A stretch of 63,907 nucleotides of DNA, the filler included, from Atractiella rhizophila (Eukaryota), in NCBI GenBank assembly GCA_021432655.1. It is 3 parts of 3 records of this genome, joined end to end, with 100 filler letters (N's around TTAATTAATTAA, not from the genome) between each part and the next. Parts side by side here need not be neighbours in the genome. Positions count along the whole stretch, not along the records: positions 1 to 31,346 come from MU271696.1; 2 more parts are not named here. One strand, 5' to 3'. Positions within the stretch are counted from its first letter, which is position 1. Each line of letters begins with the position of its first letter. The notes beneath the pieces were generated by a model that ran no database searches, was not told the origin of the DNA, and saw only the letters and a program-made list of their open reading frames with translations. The position numbers and the translations under genes were made by a program. Below, piece by piece: positions 1 to 13,279 of the stretch.

Positions 1-3000
1 AGAGGAGCTTTATCTCTCTTTGGGTCGCGGCAGTTACCGAGCCTTACCAAATTGCCCCCCCATATTCATACGCGCATTGACTCCATCTCCACATCCCACC
101 GCCTTTCACTCCTTCAACGTCCGCCAGTTGCCCCTTCTCCAGACAGCACAATTCCTTCCCAACAGGTTTTCAATCCCTCGGATGAGCCACTTGCTCCGTG
201 GAAAGCAATTACTCGCTCACGCACAGTTGCCGGCTGCCTTAACTTATGCCTTCGCTTAGGCTACGATCCTCCTGATTTGCTGAAGATCCAGCCGTGTGCA
301 ACGAAAGAGTGTTGGATCGATCCTAACAATTTCCAGAACAAAGACAAAGCACTTGTTCAAATTGGGGAGTGTTTGCAGCGGCAATACGAGAATCTCAGCC
401 TGGGTACCGCTGCTAGCAGTGCCGCAAGTGCGAATCAGAGCAGCGCTGCAGAAAGGTCCTCTGAAGTGACCACAAACTCGCAAGGTCGAGGCAGCGGCGG
501 CCGCTGGAAACTTGGGCTCGATCCTCCAATGGAGATAGTCCAGAAAATCTGTCTCCACTTGAGGCGTTCAGCGAAGACAGAACGGGTTCTCTTCCACTAC
601 AACGGTCACGGTGTACCAAAACCTACCACAAACGGTGACATCTGGTTTTTCAATCAGAGCTACACGCAGTACATCCCCACCAACATTAGCGATCTTCTAA
701 CACTTTGTGGAAGCCCTATGGTTTACGTGTGGGATTGTAGCTGTGCAGGGAGCGTGGTAGCCAAAGTGGAAGAGCAAGCGCGGAAGAAGGATATTGAGCA
801 AGAGATCGCATTGAGAACTGGAGAGTACCCTTCTAGCACCAGTCCGCCAAGGAACGAAGATGGGGTCCCCCTTCGTAATACGGTGCCATTCTACCCTCAC
901 CTCTTGCAACTTGGAGCTTGCGGTGTCGACGAAGTCTTGCCTCAGCATGCAGAGCTTCCCGCCGATATTTTCACAAGTTGTTTGACGAGCCCAATTGATA
1001 TTGCGCTACGGTATTTTTGGCTTATGAATCCTTCTCAGCGATATGGACTTACGATCGACGAAGTCAACCTGATCGAAGGCAAGCTCAACGATCGGCGAAC
1101 GCCCCTAGGCGAGCTGAATTGGATCTTCAACGCTGTGACTGACACAATCGCATGGAACTGTCTCAGCAATGAGATTTTTCAGCGGCTCTTTCGCTACGAT
1201 ATGATGATTGCCTCACTTTTTCGTGGCTTTCTGCTTGCTCAGCGAGTAATGAAGAGTTACGACTGCCATCCTATATCGACCCCTAAACTCCCTGATACTT
1301 CAGAGCACCCTCTCTGGAAGTCTTGGGATCTAGCTGTGGACGCCGCACTAGCTCAAGTCCCAGCCATGATTGAAAGAGAACAGAAGATGAAAGAGCACCT
1401 TGCGTCAAAAGCCCTCGCGGATGCAGAAGCGATGAAGAGCCGACCTTCGGATCGCAAAGTAGTTCAAATTTCCCCGATTCCAGCTCAGTTTAACTACAAG
1501 GCCAGTGATTTCTTTAGCGTCGAACTTACCGCCTTCGAAGTCTGGCTGGAGCATGCTACGATTTCGAAGGCTTTCCCGCCGCAGCTTCCTCTTGTTCTTC
1601 AGGTCCTGTTATCACAAAATCATCGCCTCCGAGCACTTGTGCTCTTATGCAAGTTTTTGGATCTGGGGCCACGTGCTGTTGAGGTAGCTTTGGGAATTGG
1701 CATCTTTCCTTACGTCCTTAAGCTCCTCCAGAGCCCAGCACCAGACTTGAAACGCGTTATGATCTACATTTGGGCTCGAATTCTTGCCGTTTTCCAAGAT
1801 TGTCGAGATTCCCTCATGAATTCGCACGCCACAACAGCCTCAGCTACGGGGAACGTACCTCCTCAACCAGCCCTACCACTCACCTATTTCGTCTCCGCCT
1901 TCCTCCCTAGATCAATATCTGGTCACAACAACGGGTCAAGTCGTCAGGGAGAGACAATCGACACTGAGAATCGTGCCATGTGTGCATTCATCCTCTCTGT
2001 CATTGCTCGAGGGAGCCACCGAGGACAAATCTTTTCAACCAGAGGACATGTTCTAGAGGGGTACCTTGAACATATGATGACGTCTAGAGATCTAATCCTC
2101 CGGCAATGGTGCACAATTGGATTGGGAGTATTATGGGACGGCAGCGCAGGTGGCGGCCAGGAGATTAAAGTCAGAGCTTGTTTTGCGGAAGCCTTGCTAC
2201 CTCGTGGGAAAAGTGCTGTCGACATTCTTGCCCACTATGTCCTGGATGATACCCCCGAAATCAGGGCGGCAGCCCTCTTTGCCTTTTCGACTTTGGCCGG
2301 TTGCTCCGCATCAAAAGATCATCGTAATCGTCGCGGTAGATCTATAACTTGTTCCCAACCAGTTCCTGGCTTCAGTGCAGATGACTATGAGCAAGCCCTC
2401 TTCACTGCAATCACTGCTGCCTGCGTTACTGTCGAAGACGCGAGCCCTTTGGTACGTAAGGAACTGGTCATTTTCCTCAGTGCGATTACCGACGAGTATC
2501 GAGGACATCTGGCAGTAGCCGCACACGAATTGCTGGAAGAGGAGATGAAGAACGAAACAGCCCCGCTGTTTGACGATGGTCTTTCGACTTCTGATAACCT
2601 TGGAAGTGCGCAGAACGGAATGTTCACACTCAAAGAAAGACTAGCGATGATTACGGAAGGTTCTATCAGTGATAGCAGACCTACGGATACAGTGGCGAGG
2701 CGCATGCTTTTCAGGGTTGTTTATGAATGCCTCTTGGTCTTGTCCATCGACCCAATTGCTGACGTCTCCGAGTCTGCATCCCTGCTCGTTGATATCGTTC
2801 ACAGAACCGTCATGGGCTATGGTCTTCCTCTCCCTTCGCCGCCAGACGAGACCGATTATCGTCCACGGCGTACCTCACTCTCTGAGTTCAATCATGGTTC
2901 GCCAATATCTCCGGTCCAGAACTCCTTTGTTTCCTGGGTGGACGACGGAAACTCCGCTACAGAAGCGCTGCCGCAGAGAATTATGAGGAAGCCCAATGGC

Positions 3001-4718
3001 CATGTCAAAGGTGGTGCAAATGGCGTCAAGCGTTCTTCATCGCCTTCAAGAGAAGAGCGACCAACCCTGAATAGAAACCATTCAATGTCAGCAAAACGTG
3101 TTCCAGTAAGCCCAGCTCAACAGCGCCGGAATGGGCATGCTCTCCCCTCTCAACCAGTGGACCTTGACCAAGTGAAACAACGATTATGGAACGATGATTT
3201 TGTTCGTCAGCGCAAGCGAAGAAACGATCAGCCCGAAGTTAATGACCCTTATGCAGACCTTCTCCCTTTGAAAAGTGAGTTATTCGAAATCAGCTCACAA
3301 TACTTCCGGGATCCACAGCTAAAGGTATGCAATCTGATTGTTTGCGATTGGACTGAGGGAATTCTAGGCACCGGAGTCTGACGAAGATGGCAGCCTTGTC
3401 AATACTGAACGAGAATGGCGAAAACGTCGAAATGAATCCCTGGTTACAAACACACAGGCACACCACTCGAAACAGTACATGGACAGCAGCCACTGGGATG
3501 AGCAGGTGGTTTCCTGGTCTACTCCGTCTCGCCTGCATCAAATTCTCTTTCACCAGTTTGAACCTAAGATCGTGTCGTCAGATGCAAGGGCTAACATATA
3601 GTAAGTGATTGACAGGACCCTCGTACCTTTTTAATATTCCCATAGCATCCACGATTGGAAAAAACGCCGGCTCGTGGCCGAGTTCAAAAACTCTGACGAT
3701 GAGTTGGGCAAGGTTACAGCCATGTCCTTTGTGAACGAGCAGGATGTGGCCCTTCTGATGACTGGGTCAGGTAATAATTTTGTCTTTCATTAGCACTGCT
3801 TGTTAGTGACTTTAGTTAGTTGATGGCGTCGTCCGCTTATGGAGAAATTATGACGACAAGGAGGACCGAAATCTGGTGACCGCTTTTCTAGGCTTGCCTG
3901 CTCAGACACCAACTTCGACCATGACGTCTGGCATGGTACTGGAGTGGCAGCAGAAGAAAGGCCATCTAGTAATCGGCGGCAATTCAGGACGACTTCGGAT
4001 ATGGGACGCTATGCGAGAACTTGCCGTTCGAGTAAGTGCATTTGCGCCGAGGGTGAATCACCTCTAATATTCTAGTAGGAGATAGACACCAGTAGTGATT
4101 CTTGCGTGACATGCCTGACATCAGATCAAAGCATTGGCGAAATTGTCGTAGCTGGCTTCGGGGATGGAGCGATCCGCGTATACGATAAGAGGGAACCAGA
4201 GGACAATTTAGTGTTGGAATATCTTTACCCTCACAAAAACTGGATCGCAAGTTTACACATGCAGAAAGGCGGCACAAGAGAGTTAGCTAGCGCTGGCCTT
4301 CTGGGTGAAGTCTGCCTCTGGGACTTGCGTTTTTCAAAACCGGTTTCGGCTTTCTTTCCGCATACCGACGGCCTGACCGCAATGGCAGTACATGACCATT
4401 CTCCTGTTCTAGCAACGTGAGCACTTTCTTCCTCGTTGTAGAGCCGTATCAACTGTATAGTAGCGGGTCTCGCAAACAGAAAATGAAGATCTGGAACATG
4501 TTTCGTGTCGAGACGGAAAATCCTGCACCAACGAGCGAATTTAGAGTTGGAAGTGAGTGCCTTCACCTTGAACAGATTTGGGTTTCTCATGCATTGATAT
4601 AGATTCGCAACTTGGTACCGCAATAGAGACATTATCCTTCCACCCTCAAAGGCTCATGTTCGGAGTTCAGGGGTCTGATTCATTGGCTATCTACCGTTGC
4701 TCGAAAACAGAGCTCTGA
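1..4718 (+). CDS. KOG1: TORC1 subunit Raptor/Kog1 (5'-truncated by window edge; multi-exon)
   Basis: Raptor N-terminal motifs (RVLFHYNGHGVPKPT, ADIFTSCLTSPI, RTPLGELNWIFNAVTDTIAW, QLPLVLQVLLSQNHRLRAL), a HEAT region, and WD40 exons at 3.6-4.7 kb. The frame is open from base 1 and the stop is TGA 4716-4718. Confidence 0.97.
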
Positions 4719-4915
4719 ATGTCCAAGTCACTGTTACGGTCCACTAGAGGCGTAAAACAATCCCCTTTTTTTCAGTTGGATTTAGATTTTCCTTTGAGGA
4801 ACTGAGCTTGATCATGTTCGAAGACTTTTGCTGGTTCGCTGAATGGTGCCTGTTCAAACGGGTGAGCTTATGATCATTGTCATTTTCTATATCTTTACAT
4901 GGTGGGAAAGGGATA

Positions 4916-7101
4916 TTATCGCCCTTCCCGCTTTCGGGGAGCTGTGTCTCAGATGTCAGTGCGGGGATAAGTGGCGACGAAGAACAGGCTCACTGCTCCT
5001 AAGAATGTCATCCGTCCTCATGATCATCTCTGCAGCTTCTGAAGCTGACACAACCACCTGCTTCTTGAGCTTATATGACTCGGTAACGCCTTTTTCTCGC
5101 ATTGATGCCACAATCGCATTATCCAAGTCTGTCACGTTGTTCTTGTTGATGTCAACCGTAAACGGCGGAAGAGAAGGCGTACCAAGACCAGCGTCTTTCT
5201 TCCCATCATAATGAGATGCGCGCAGCTTGGTAACCAGATCTGATGAATCGTAACCTGCGTTGTCTGCAAGGATAGTCGGTATCTATATGCCAATGAGGTC
5301 GGTTTCCTCATGATAGAGTTAATTCCCACCTGTCTTAAAGCTCTAGCAAAGGCCTCGACCGCTAAAGCCTGTTTACCAGTAGTTCTTTTGGCGGCTTCGT
5401 CCACCTTATTGGCCATGAGCATCTCTGCGCATCCACCTCCAAGCACAACCCGAGTCTCTTTCACAGTCTGTGAAAGAACGGCAAGTGCATCATGAAGAGA
5501 TCGCTCCGCTTCGTCGATCATCTGTGATGTTGCTCCACGCAGTACAATCGTACATGCCCGACCAGCGGCGACTCCAGAGAATTTAATCAGCTGAAAAAAA
5601 TCAGTCTCATCATCTATGAAGGGAGAGAGTTTACTGTGTCCTCGCCGATCATGATCTCCTCGATCTTCTGACATCGTCCCAACTTCACTGCTTCAGGCTT
5701 ATCGAAAGTGCTGGCAATCTCCCCTCCAGTGACCAACGACAAACGTTCGACACCTTCAAAATCCGCATGCTCGATGCACATGATGCCAGCTTCGGCAAAG
5801 AGCGATTCAGGCCAATTGTAGATGAGTTGACGATTCACGAAGCAGTTGATGCCATGTGCTTTGATTTTGGCGACCTTTGCCTTCATCTTTTCCTGCACAC
5901 GATGCGTTAGTTGTAGATTGCGATGAAGGAAAGCTACGAACCCTTTCAGCTCGTTCAAGTTCAGCAAGCTTCCCTGCAGAGTCAACCTTCACACGTGCTC
6001 CAAATATCTTGATCTTGTCTGTGTCCATTGCTGTAAAACTGGTTAGCTTTGCAATGCTTTGATGGTTGAACTTACAGCTGTTGGCGATGAGGATTTTTGC
6101 ATCATTCATGGTTTTGGGACTGTTGGTTGATATCTTCTTCTCTAGGATGAATCCTGCGCACAAGAGATCAATACTACTCAAGACAGGGCTGAAACCAACC
6201 CTCATCGAGATACGAATCTGTAAGCCTGCCGCCAATCTTCTTGATGATTTGGATGAGATCGAGATCAGTAGAGCCCTTCACGGGAGTAAGTGACTAGTTA
6301 ACGGCGGAGCAGACATTGATACCTGGAGACGCAAAACGGCATCAACGGCAAGTTGCGCAAAGTAGTCTTTGTCCGCGTTAAGCACCTTGGAGCTCAGAGT
6401 TGTCCGAGCGATATTCATTAAATCTTGGCGGAATTTCTCTGGATCGTTGCTGTTTGAGACAATCAGACAGCTTCACTGTGCTGGATGAACACGGACGCAT
6501 TGTCGTCAGCGGCTTCCTCTAATGCTGCAAGAGCAGCTTTTGCGGCAATACGAAATCCTTCAATTATTGTTTGGGGATGAAGACGCGCTTGTATGAGCTG
6601 TCGATTGTATGAGAACATAAGCATGGAGAAAAACAATTTGGCACACCTTTTCTCCTTCCTTGAGAACTTCAGAAGCAAGCACAACCACAGATGTCGTGCC
6701 GTCTCCGACTTCATCGTCCTGCACTTTCGAGATATTGACCAAGATCTTGGCTGCTGGATTATCTAGTTGAATAGAGGACAGAATAGTTGCTCCATCGTTC
6801 GTCACTGTTATCGCGCCAGTGGAAATTGAATGCAAAATCTGTCAAACGCGCCATAAACAGACAGTCGCGCGAAACAGCGACGCTCAGGCCGCAATTTCCA
6901 AACCATATAATCCACTCACTTTGTTCATTCCTTTAGGGCCCAGTGTAGATTTCACTAAATCTCCCAGAGCTGTTGCTCCAACAAAGCTGGACATGCGAGC
7001 CTAAAGTTCCTTTAAACACCACGGCAGCATCCCAACACGGCTTAACGCACATTCTCAGCTCTCTCCTCCGTGGCTTCCTCAGACAAGATATTGAAAGACA
7101 T
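4916..7101 (-). CDS. CCT2: Chaperonin CCT/TRiC subunit beta (multi-exon)
   Basis: [17 protein letters not shown] start; [57 protein letters not shown]. Confidence 0.96.
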
Positions 7102-7363
7102 ATTGATCGTCTACACCGAGAGTTGAGTACTGAGTACTTAGCCAGCTGGCGAGCAAGAAATTTAGATCACTAGCCCTAACCCTATGGCTTTTGAGATGAT
7201 GTGGAGAGGCAAGAAAAACGACGACGTAGAATAGTGCTGCTTTGCTTTGCTTAGAGCCCCTAGATTTCTAGAATCACCACTCAGTTTCGCCCCAGGCAAC
7301 TCCTCACGACAATTTTGATAGCTTAGAAATCTCTACCCCAACCGACAAAACTCTGATAAGAAA

Positions 7364-7895
7364 ATGAGCGTCTCTCTCCGATACTTCAGGACCAAATTTT
7401 ACGACACGGGTATGTCTCTGACTCGCGTGAGCTGTGGTTAACCTGACTCTTGCTTCACAGCTGCGATTCCGATCGGTATGTTGCCGTCCCAATGCCTGGC
7501 TTTGCTCCTCCTGGTGAGCTTCATTGACGTGTAAAATGTAGTGGCAATCGTCGGGACTGCTTGCGCCGGAGCTGGTTGGTACGTGTGGAGACTTTCTCAG
7601 GGACCACATGTAAGTCCATAGCTGAATTCAGAGGGCAGTGCGAACTGACGAGAGCGTTCTGATAGGTTGTCTGGGGTATGTAATATTTGTTGTCTCGTTC
7701 GCGCAGCCTGATGTTTATTTTACTTGAACAGACCGCCATGGAAACCCCGGTAGGTTCATTTACAGGGCATATTTAAAAGGTCATTGACATCTCTCCGTTG
7801 TAGAACCTTGGAACGATGTCCAGCAGAATCAGAACACCAAATTCATGACCGTGAATCAAAAGTTCGACTCAGACTACAAGCGCACCAAGTGGTGA
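7364..7895 (+). CDS. NDUFA4/MLRQ (B12D)-like small mitochondrial respiratory-chain subunit, 6 exons
   Basis: Spliced product MSVSLRYFRTKFYDTAAIPIVAIVGTACAGAGWYVWRLSQGPHVVWDRHGNPEPWNDVQQNQNTKFMTVNQKFDSDYKRTKW; all junctions are GT-AG and in phase. Confidence 0.85.
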
Positions 7896-8238
7896 AGAGG
7901 GCTTTATAAGCTTCACTCCTTTCATTCCTTCACTTCGGAGATGTATTGTTGAATGCCATAGATATGCGAGCAAGGCTTGTCTCAGAAGAAGCTTTAATGG
8001 CTTTCTTCCTCTGTTCCATAGTTGACGTTGCCTTTTCGTAATTAATTGATTGAGCCCAAGTATGGCTTGTCGGGGAAGAAGTTTAGCATAAGAAATATCT
8101 ACAGGCCAGGTCTGTTGCAAATGCCGGATCTGGGGATCTGAATTCGAACATTAACCGACTCTTGCCGACTGTCTTAAAAGGAGAAGGCCAGGTTCAAACG
8201 GCCAGTTCACTCAGGTCATTCGATTCCCTACACGCACC

Positions 8239-9097
8239 ATGGCTACAACTGCAAGTCAAGTGATTTTGCACCCCTACGTTTCTAATGCTCTCAAAGTTGG
8301 CAACACAACTGGTGCGTAGTCTATCCCGATCGAACAATGTAAGGGGTGCTGAACGCTGCTCTGATGCGTAAGTGGGAAGAGATAAACTGTACCGTGCTGT
8401 CCAGTATCTTGCACGCTTCCTAGCATGGTACACCTTCCGAAAGGGTTACTCGAAGGAGACTGTTTCTCAGTTTGAAGCTGCGAAGTCCCATCTCGGCCTT
8501 TCTCGAAAGCGTGAGGCTATCCTACTCGCCTGACCGAATCTAACAGTGGTTCCTGGGAAGTTCTGCGCATTGGAAAACCATTGGAGCATCTTCAGGCTTC
8601 CCTTCGAGCATTGTCGATCCAGGACCCCGTCCTCAAGCTCACGACGACAGGACGCCAGATTTGTTACTGCCTCTTCCTCTATCACGACATGTATCTCTAC
8701 CTGCACACGTCCAAGATCTACCCCCTTCTTCCCGCAACCTACCAGAAGCATTTCCAACGTTCAGCCAAGCTCTGGTTCTATGGCATATTCTTGTCTATCC
8801 TCAATTCGACTTACAAGCTTTACTTGTTGAAGGGCTCGGCGAAAGGAAAAGAGAAGGAAGGTGCAAAGGACGTCGAGAGGAAGAAGGTCCAGTATCAGCT
8901 CGTGCAAGACTGTCTGGATATACTGATCCCCACCAACATGCTGAAATGGAACAATTTGGACGAAGGAGTGCTCGGATTGGTCGGGTATGTTCTTCGCGAC
9001 TTTGGCTTTGTGAAAGGACGCTGACATGTTCGTCTATAGATTGACAACTTCTTTGATGGGTTTGAAAACTCAGGTGGAAAATGTAGTTGGGAAGTGA
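8239..9097 (+). CDS. PEX11: Peroxisomal membrane protein Pex11
   Basis: GRDKLYRAVQYLARFLAW, SHLGLSRK..LRIGKPLEHLQA, QLVQDCLDILIP, GVLGLVG. Confidence 0.92.
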
Positions 9098-9293
9098 AGG
9101 AAATGATCATGTTACTTCCCTTGAGTTGCAAGAACATGTTCCCCAAGTTCGCAGTAACTTCATGCCAGCAACATCTGTTCATTAACAACCACAAGTACCG
9201 AACACAAAGCGATATCTGTACGAGCCAAACCAATAAAGCAAATATGCGACATGGAAACGACGAAGAACAAGAAGATGAGTGTGAAGGATAGAA

Positions 9294-10993
9294 TCACTGC
9301 TCGGCGGATTCGTAAGCTCGGAGCTGGTCCATAGCTCTATTCAATTTATTCGAATATTGATCTATTGGATACAATTGTCAGAACATGCGTTCAATATTTA
9401 ATGGAACGGAAAGCTTCGACTCACAGAACCCGTCTTTGAGCGCTTCATACTTCTCACGTCCATCAGCCATCTCTCTGTCTCCACGCTCGACAATAGCCTT
9501 GATCTGTTTACCCTTTAGTGAAGCACGAATGTGAAGGAAAGTGGGCGGACATTGTCTTCAAGATCCTTTAACAGCTTCAACTTGTCCATCTCCACCTTCC
9601 CGAGCTCCTCCCTCTCCTTGCTCAACTCCGCATCCTCATCCACCAACGCCTTCATGCGTTTCCTCACCGTCTCTCGATTACTTATCAGCTGAGATTCGAG
9701 CCTGTCTAGATTGGAGGTTGTGACCGCGAGACGGCGTTGGATGTGCTATCACGATGGTACAGCTTATCAACCTCGACTTGTAGAGAGGAGGAAGGGGTAC
9801 CCACAGATAGGCGGGTCGATAGGTCTGAAATCTCCTCTTCCAAGCGAGAGGCTTCGCCTTCCTTATTTCGAAGACGGGATTGAACCTCATCTAACGCATC
9901 GACATCGACTTGATAAGTCTCGAGTAGGCGAAGGGCTTTTCTAATTTCCTACAACCCTCGTCAGCGATTCGTGCACTGGAATGATTGTAGATGAGGGTGA
10001 AAGGACCTCTCCGTATCCTTCCACCACGGAGATCTTTTCCCTCCTGCTTTCTGCATTTCTCTCGATGTCTCCGAGGACTCCTTTCTCCCTTGCCAACTCC
10101 GTCCTCATCTCTGAGAGCGATTGAAGAAGCTTTTCGGGGGAGGAGATGAGGCGACCTTTCAGACGAGCAATGTCAGAATCAAGCTGGGTGGATGTAAGAC
10201 TCGTGTTTGTCTATGCAATGGAGGATGTATCAGTCGACGCTCTATCGACTCAGCGGGAGAGAACTACGCACGGTTCGCTGAACCAAATCATCCCTCTCTG
10301 CCCTCGCAGAGGTAACTTTTCCATTCCACTCTTTCATCTCTCCTCTCACACTCCTCAGACTCGCACTAAGTTCACCTGTGCGACGTTCAACCTCTTGTGC
10401 TTCCTGTTCCTTCTTCCTGTTCCTCTCCCTTCATTCACGCGACGTCACACCCTATCTTTCTAAACGAGTGGCAGGAAAGAGACATACAGCAGTTCATCCC
10501 TCCTCTTCTGCAACTCCTGAATCCTTCCCTTTAACATTTCTGACTCCCTCTCCACGCTCTCCAACTTCTCTTCCTCTGGCGCAAGGACCTGCTCTCTCTG
10601 TTCCTCATCGAAAAGTAGGAGGTTCACCAGAGCCGAGCAATGGTTTTTGAACCGTTTGCCCTCCGGCATCGTGCAGTCCCTCAGTCCAAAATCATCGACG
10701 CACGCGAGCTTCATGAGCTGTTCCACGGTCCTCCAGTAGACCATATTCCCCACCGTTTCCGCATAGATCTCGCTGTGCTCCACGCTGGCGAGTCCTTCTG
10801 AGATCTGGCGCGATATCTGGTCGCGGGTGATACGGAAGAAGTGGAGGAGGAATGCGTCGTATACCATCTGGACGCGTGCCGCGCTGGGGTTTTCGATCTC
10901 TTCGGGTGGGAGGGCGAGGGAGACGAGTCGGAGGTTGTCGATTATTTCGTCGACTGTCAGTTGGGGATACGTTGCTGCCATGATGGGAGCCAT
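9294..10993 (-). CDS. NUF2: Kinetochore Ndc80-complex subunit Nuf2
   Basis: YPQLTVDEII...LMKLACVDDFGLRDCTMPEGKRFKNHCSALVNLLLF CH-like domain, followed by coiled-coil exons. Confidence 0.85.
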
Positions 10994-11124
10994 GTTGTGC
11001 CTAGGCTTTGCTGATGCTTGTCAAGTGAGGCTATTCAGCAAGTATTCTCAAACAGCAAACAGGACGCGTCCAAAACAGAAAATATGCACGTGAGTTGTCA
11101 GTCATGAATTTGAAACGTTAAGAT

Positions 11125-13096
11125 ATGCCACCCAAGCGTTATTCCCAGCGCTCAAGGGCTGCAGTGACAGTACCGACAACAGTTGACGATGAACAAATCT
11201 ATCAACTCCTCTTTGATAATGCGACGCACCGAAATACGTTCCTCTCATCGCGTCCCGACCCATGCGCTCCAAAACGCACCCTCTGTCAGTCCGCCGTCCT
11301 TCGAACAGTAGATGCCATCGAGTCCTACTTCTTCGATAGCGACGGGAGGGAGAGGACAGACGAAGAAAGGATTGAGAGGAAGGCAAAGCTGCAGAAAGTG
11401 GCACCACCTTTGGCTCAAATGCTCTTCAATGCCTACTTAGACCTCATCGACAAGGATTCCCTTGATCGGGGCACTCTGCCTCCCAGGAAAGGACTGTTCG
11501 GGAGGAAGCGAAAGAGAGAGGATTCAGATGAAGATATCGATGGAGACGCAGATTACGTGCCCGATGGAGAAGAGCTGCCCAGTTCGAGTAAACGGAAGAA
11601 GAAGCTCAGTCCTCGGCATATCGGGAACTTATTCCTTCATTCAGTAACAGCCATCGAATGGCCACGATCCACTGCGCTCACCAATGACGACGTTAACCAA
11701 CTTTTTGGACGACCACAAGGGACGAAGGATGAGCGCGGTAACGAAATCACACGATACTCCGACATTTCACATATACAGTCCCTAAGTTTTCGAAATCAGG
11801 TCGTGAATACCTTCAACGATGCACTCTGGAGGCAGCTGCTCGCACAACTTCCCCGTTTGGAAACTCTGAACTTCGAGGGTTGTATCCATGTAGGGGATGA
11901 GGCCGGTTTCTCCTTGTCTCTCAATCATTCAGCACGTTTTAATTCGAACTCATAGTCTGTAGAATGCTTTGCAAATACGTCGCAAGGTTTTGCAACTTTC
12001 GTCAATCTCTCGTTTACTAAGGTAACATCAAATGGCCTCCACTCCCTAGTATGGCAGTGTCCAAATATCCAGACACTGAAACTGAAGCACGTCACTGCTT
12101 TACTCGACCGCGCTTTCGCCTACGCATTTTCTGCTCCACGACATCCGCCGTCAGCTCCTGTCATCCCTCTCGGTAACCTGACACATCTGAACGTCGCTCA
12201 CCTCAACATCTCCTCCACAGGCTTATCTCAGATCCTCAACCATTGTTTCATGACCCTAGAAAAGCTGAACATCAGTTTCACGAACGTTCGGGAGCTAAAA
12301 TGCCTACAAATATTCTATCCTGGCAATTCCACAGGGACGAAGCCTAGAGGACTAACAAAGCTCAATATCTCTGGTCTTTCGCTCTCCAGCTTCAATTCGC
12401 TTCTGAACCTGCTGCACCGCTTTCCTAGTTCCTCCTCCCTGCAAGGACAGATGTCACTCCAGAAACTGAAGATGTCACGCTTAGGATTGACGGACGGTAC
12501 GATGAGTGCCATGATAAAAGATCTAGCACGACTGGAGGCACTGCACAGTTTAGAGCTTGGAGTGGACAACCTGAGCATGCGCAGCGATAGCATCTCTCGT
12601 TCAACGTGGACTCGGCTACTTCGTACAAATGGTCTTCTCAAGAGACTGAAGAAGCTCGACCTCAGGTTTCAAGAAGGTGTTGATTCTAGAGTCTTTAAGG
12701 ATGCCTTGGAAGTCTTGGCAGAGGAAGAAGAGGACGGAAACGTTGATTGCATGATGGAATCTCTTTGGTTGGACGGCACAAAGATTGATGACGTCGCTTT
12801 GGAGAGCTTTACAAGTTTCGGCCGGCTGAAGGAGCTGAGGCTTGCAAAAACCTACATCACTGGTGCGCTTCACTATTCCCGCGTCCCATCTATTGGGTTG
12901 ACTGACGCGAAATGTTGTAGAGCCGAATCTCGAAAGAACTGTTAAAGCGTTACCAAAACTCTTTAAACTCGATTTGACTGGCTGCAGATCCATCGCGCTC
13001 AATCGACGGAGGACTTTCTTCGACTCTACTTTGGAAGGGGAACCTGACATCAGCCAGGATTCAGAGGAAGACTCAGAGAAAGAAATTGTTTTGTAG
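11125..13096 (+). CDS. RNI-like leucine-rich repeat protein with basic NLS-like N-terminal region
   Basis: Repeated LxxLxL motifs (LETLNFEGC, LEKLNISFT, LKELRLAKTYIT, LDLTGC) across 3 exons. Confidence 0.75.
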
Positions 13097-13279
13097 TAGA
13101 CAAACATGGCAATGACATTGGAGTGTATTGTGTGTTTCATTCCACACACGTGCCACGCAATAGCACTTGGCGATTAAGGAGGCAAAACATTGCAGAGCTC
13201 ACGTAATGAAACAAAGTCGGATTACTTGTGCTCTCGCACCTCACAAAGCCATCATATACGAATAAACAAAGAGAGTCAA

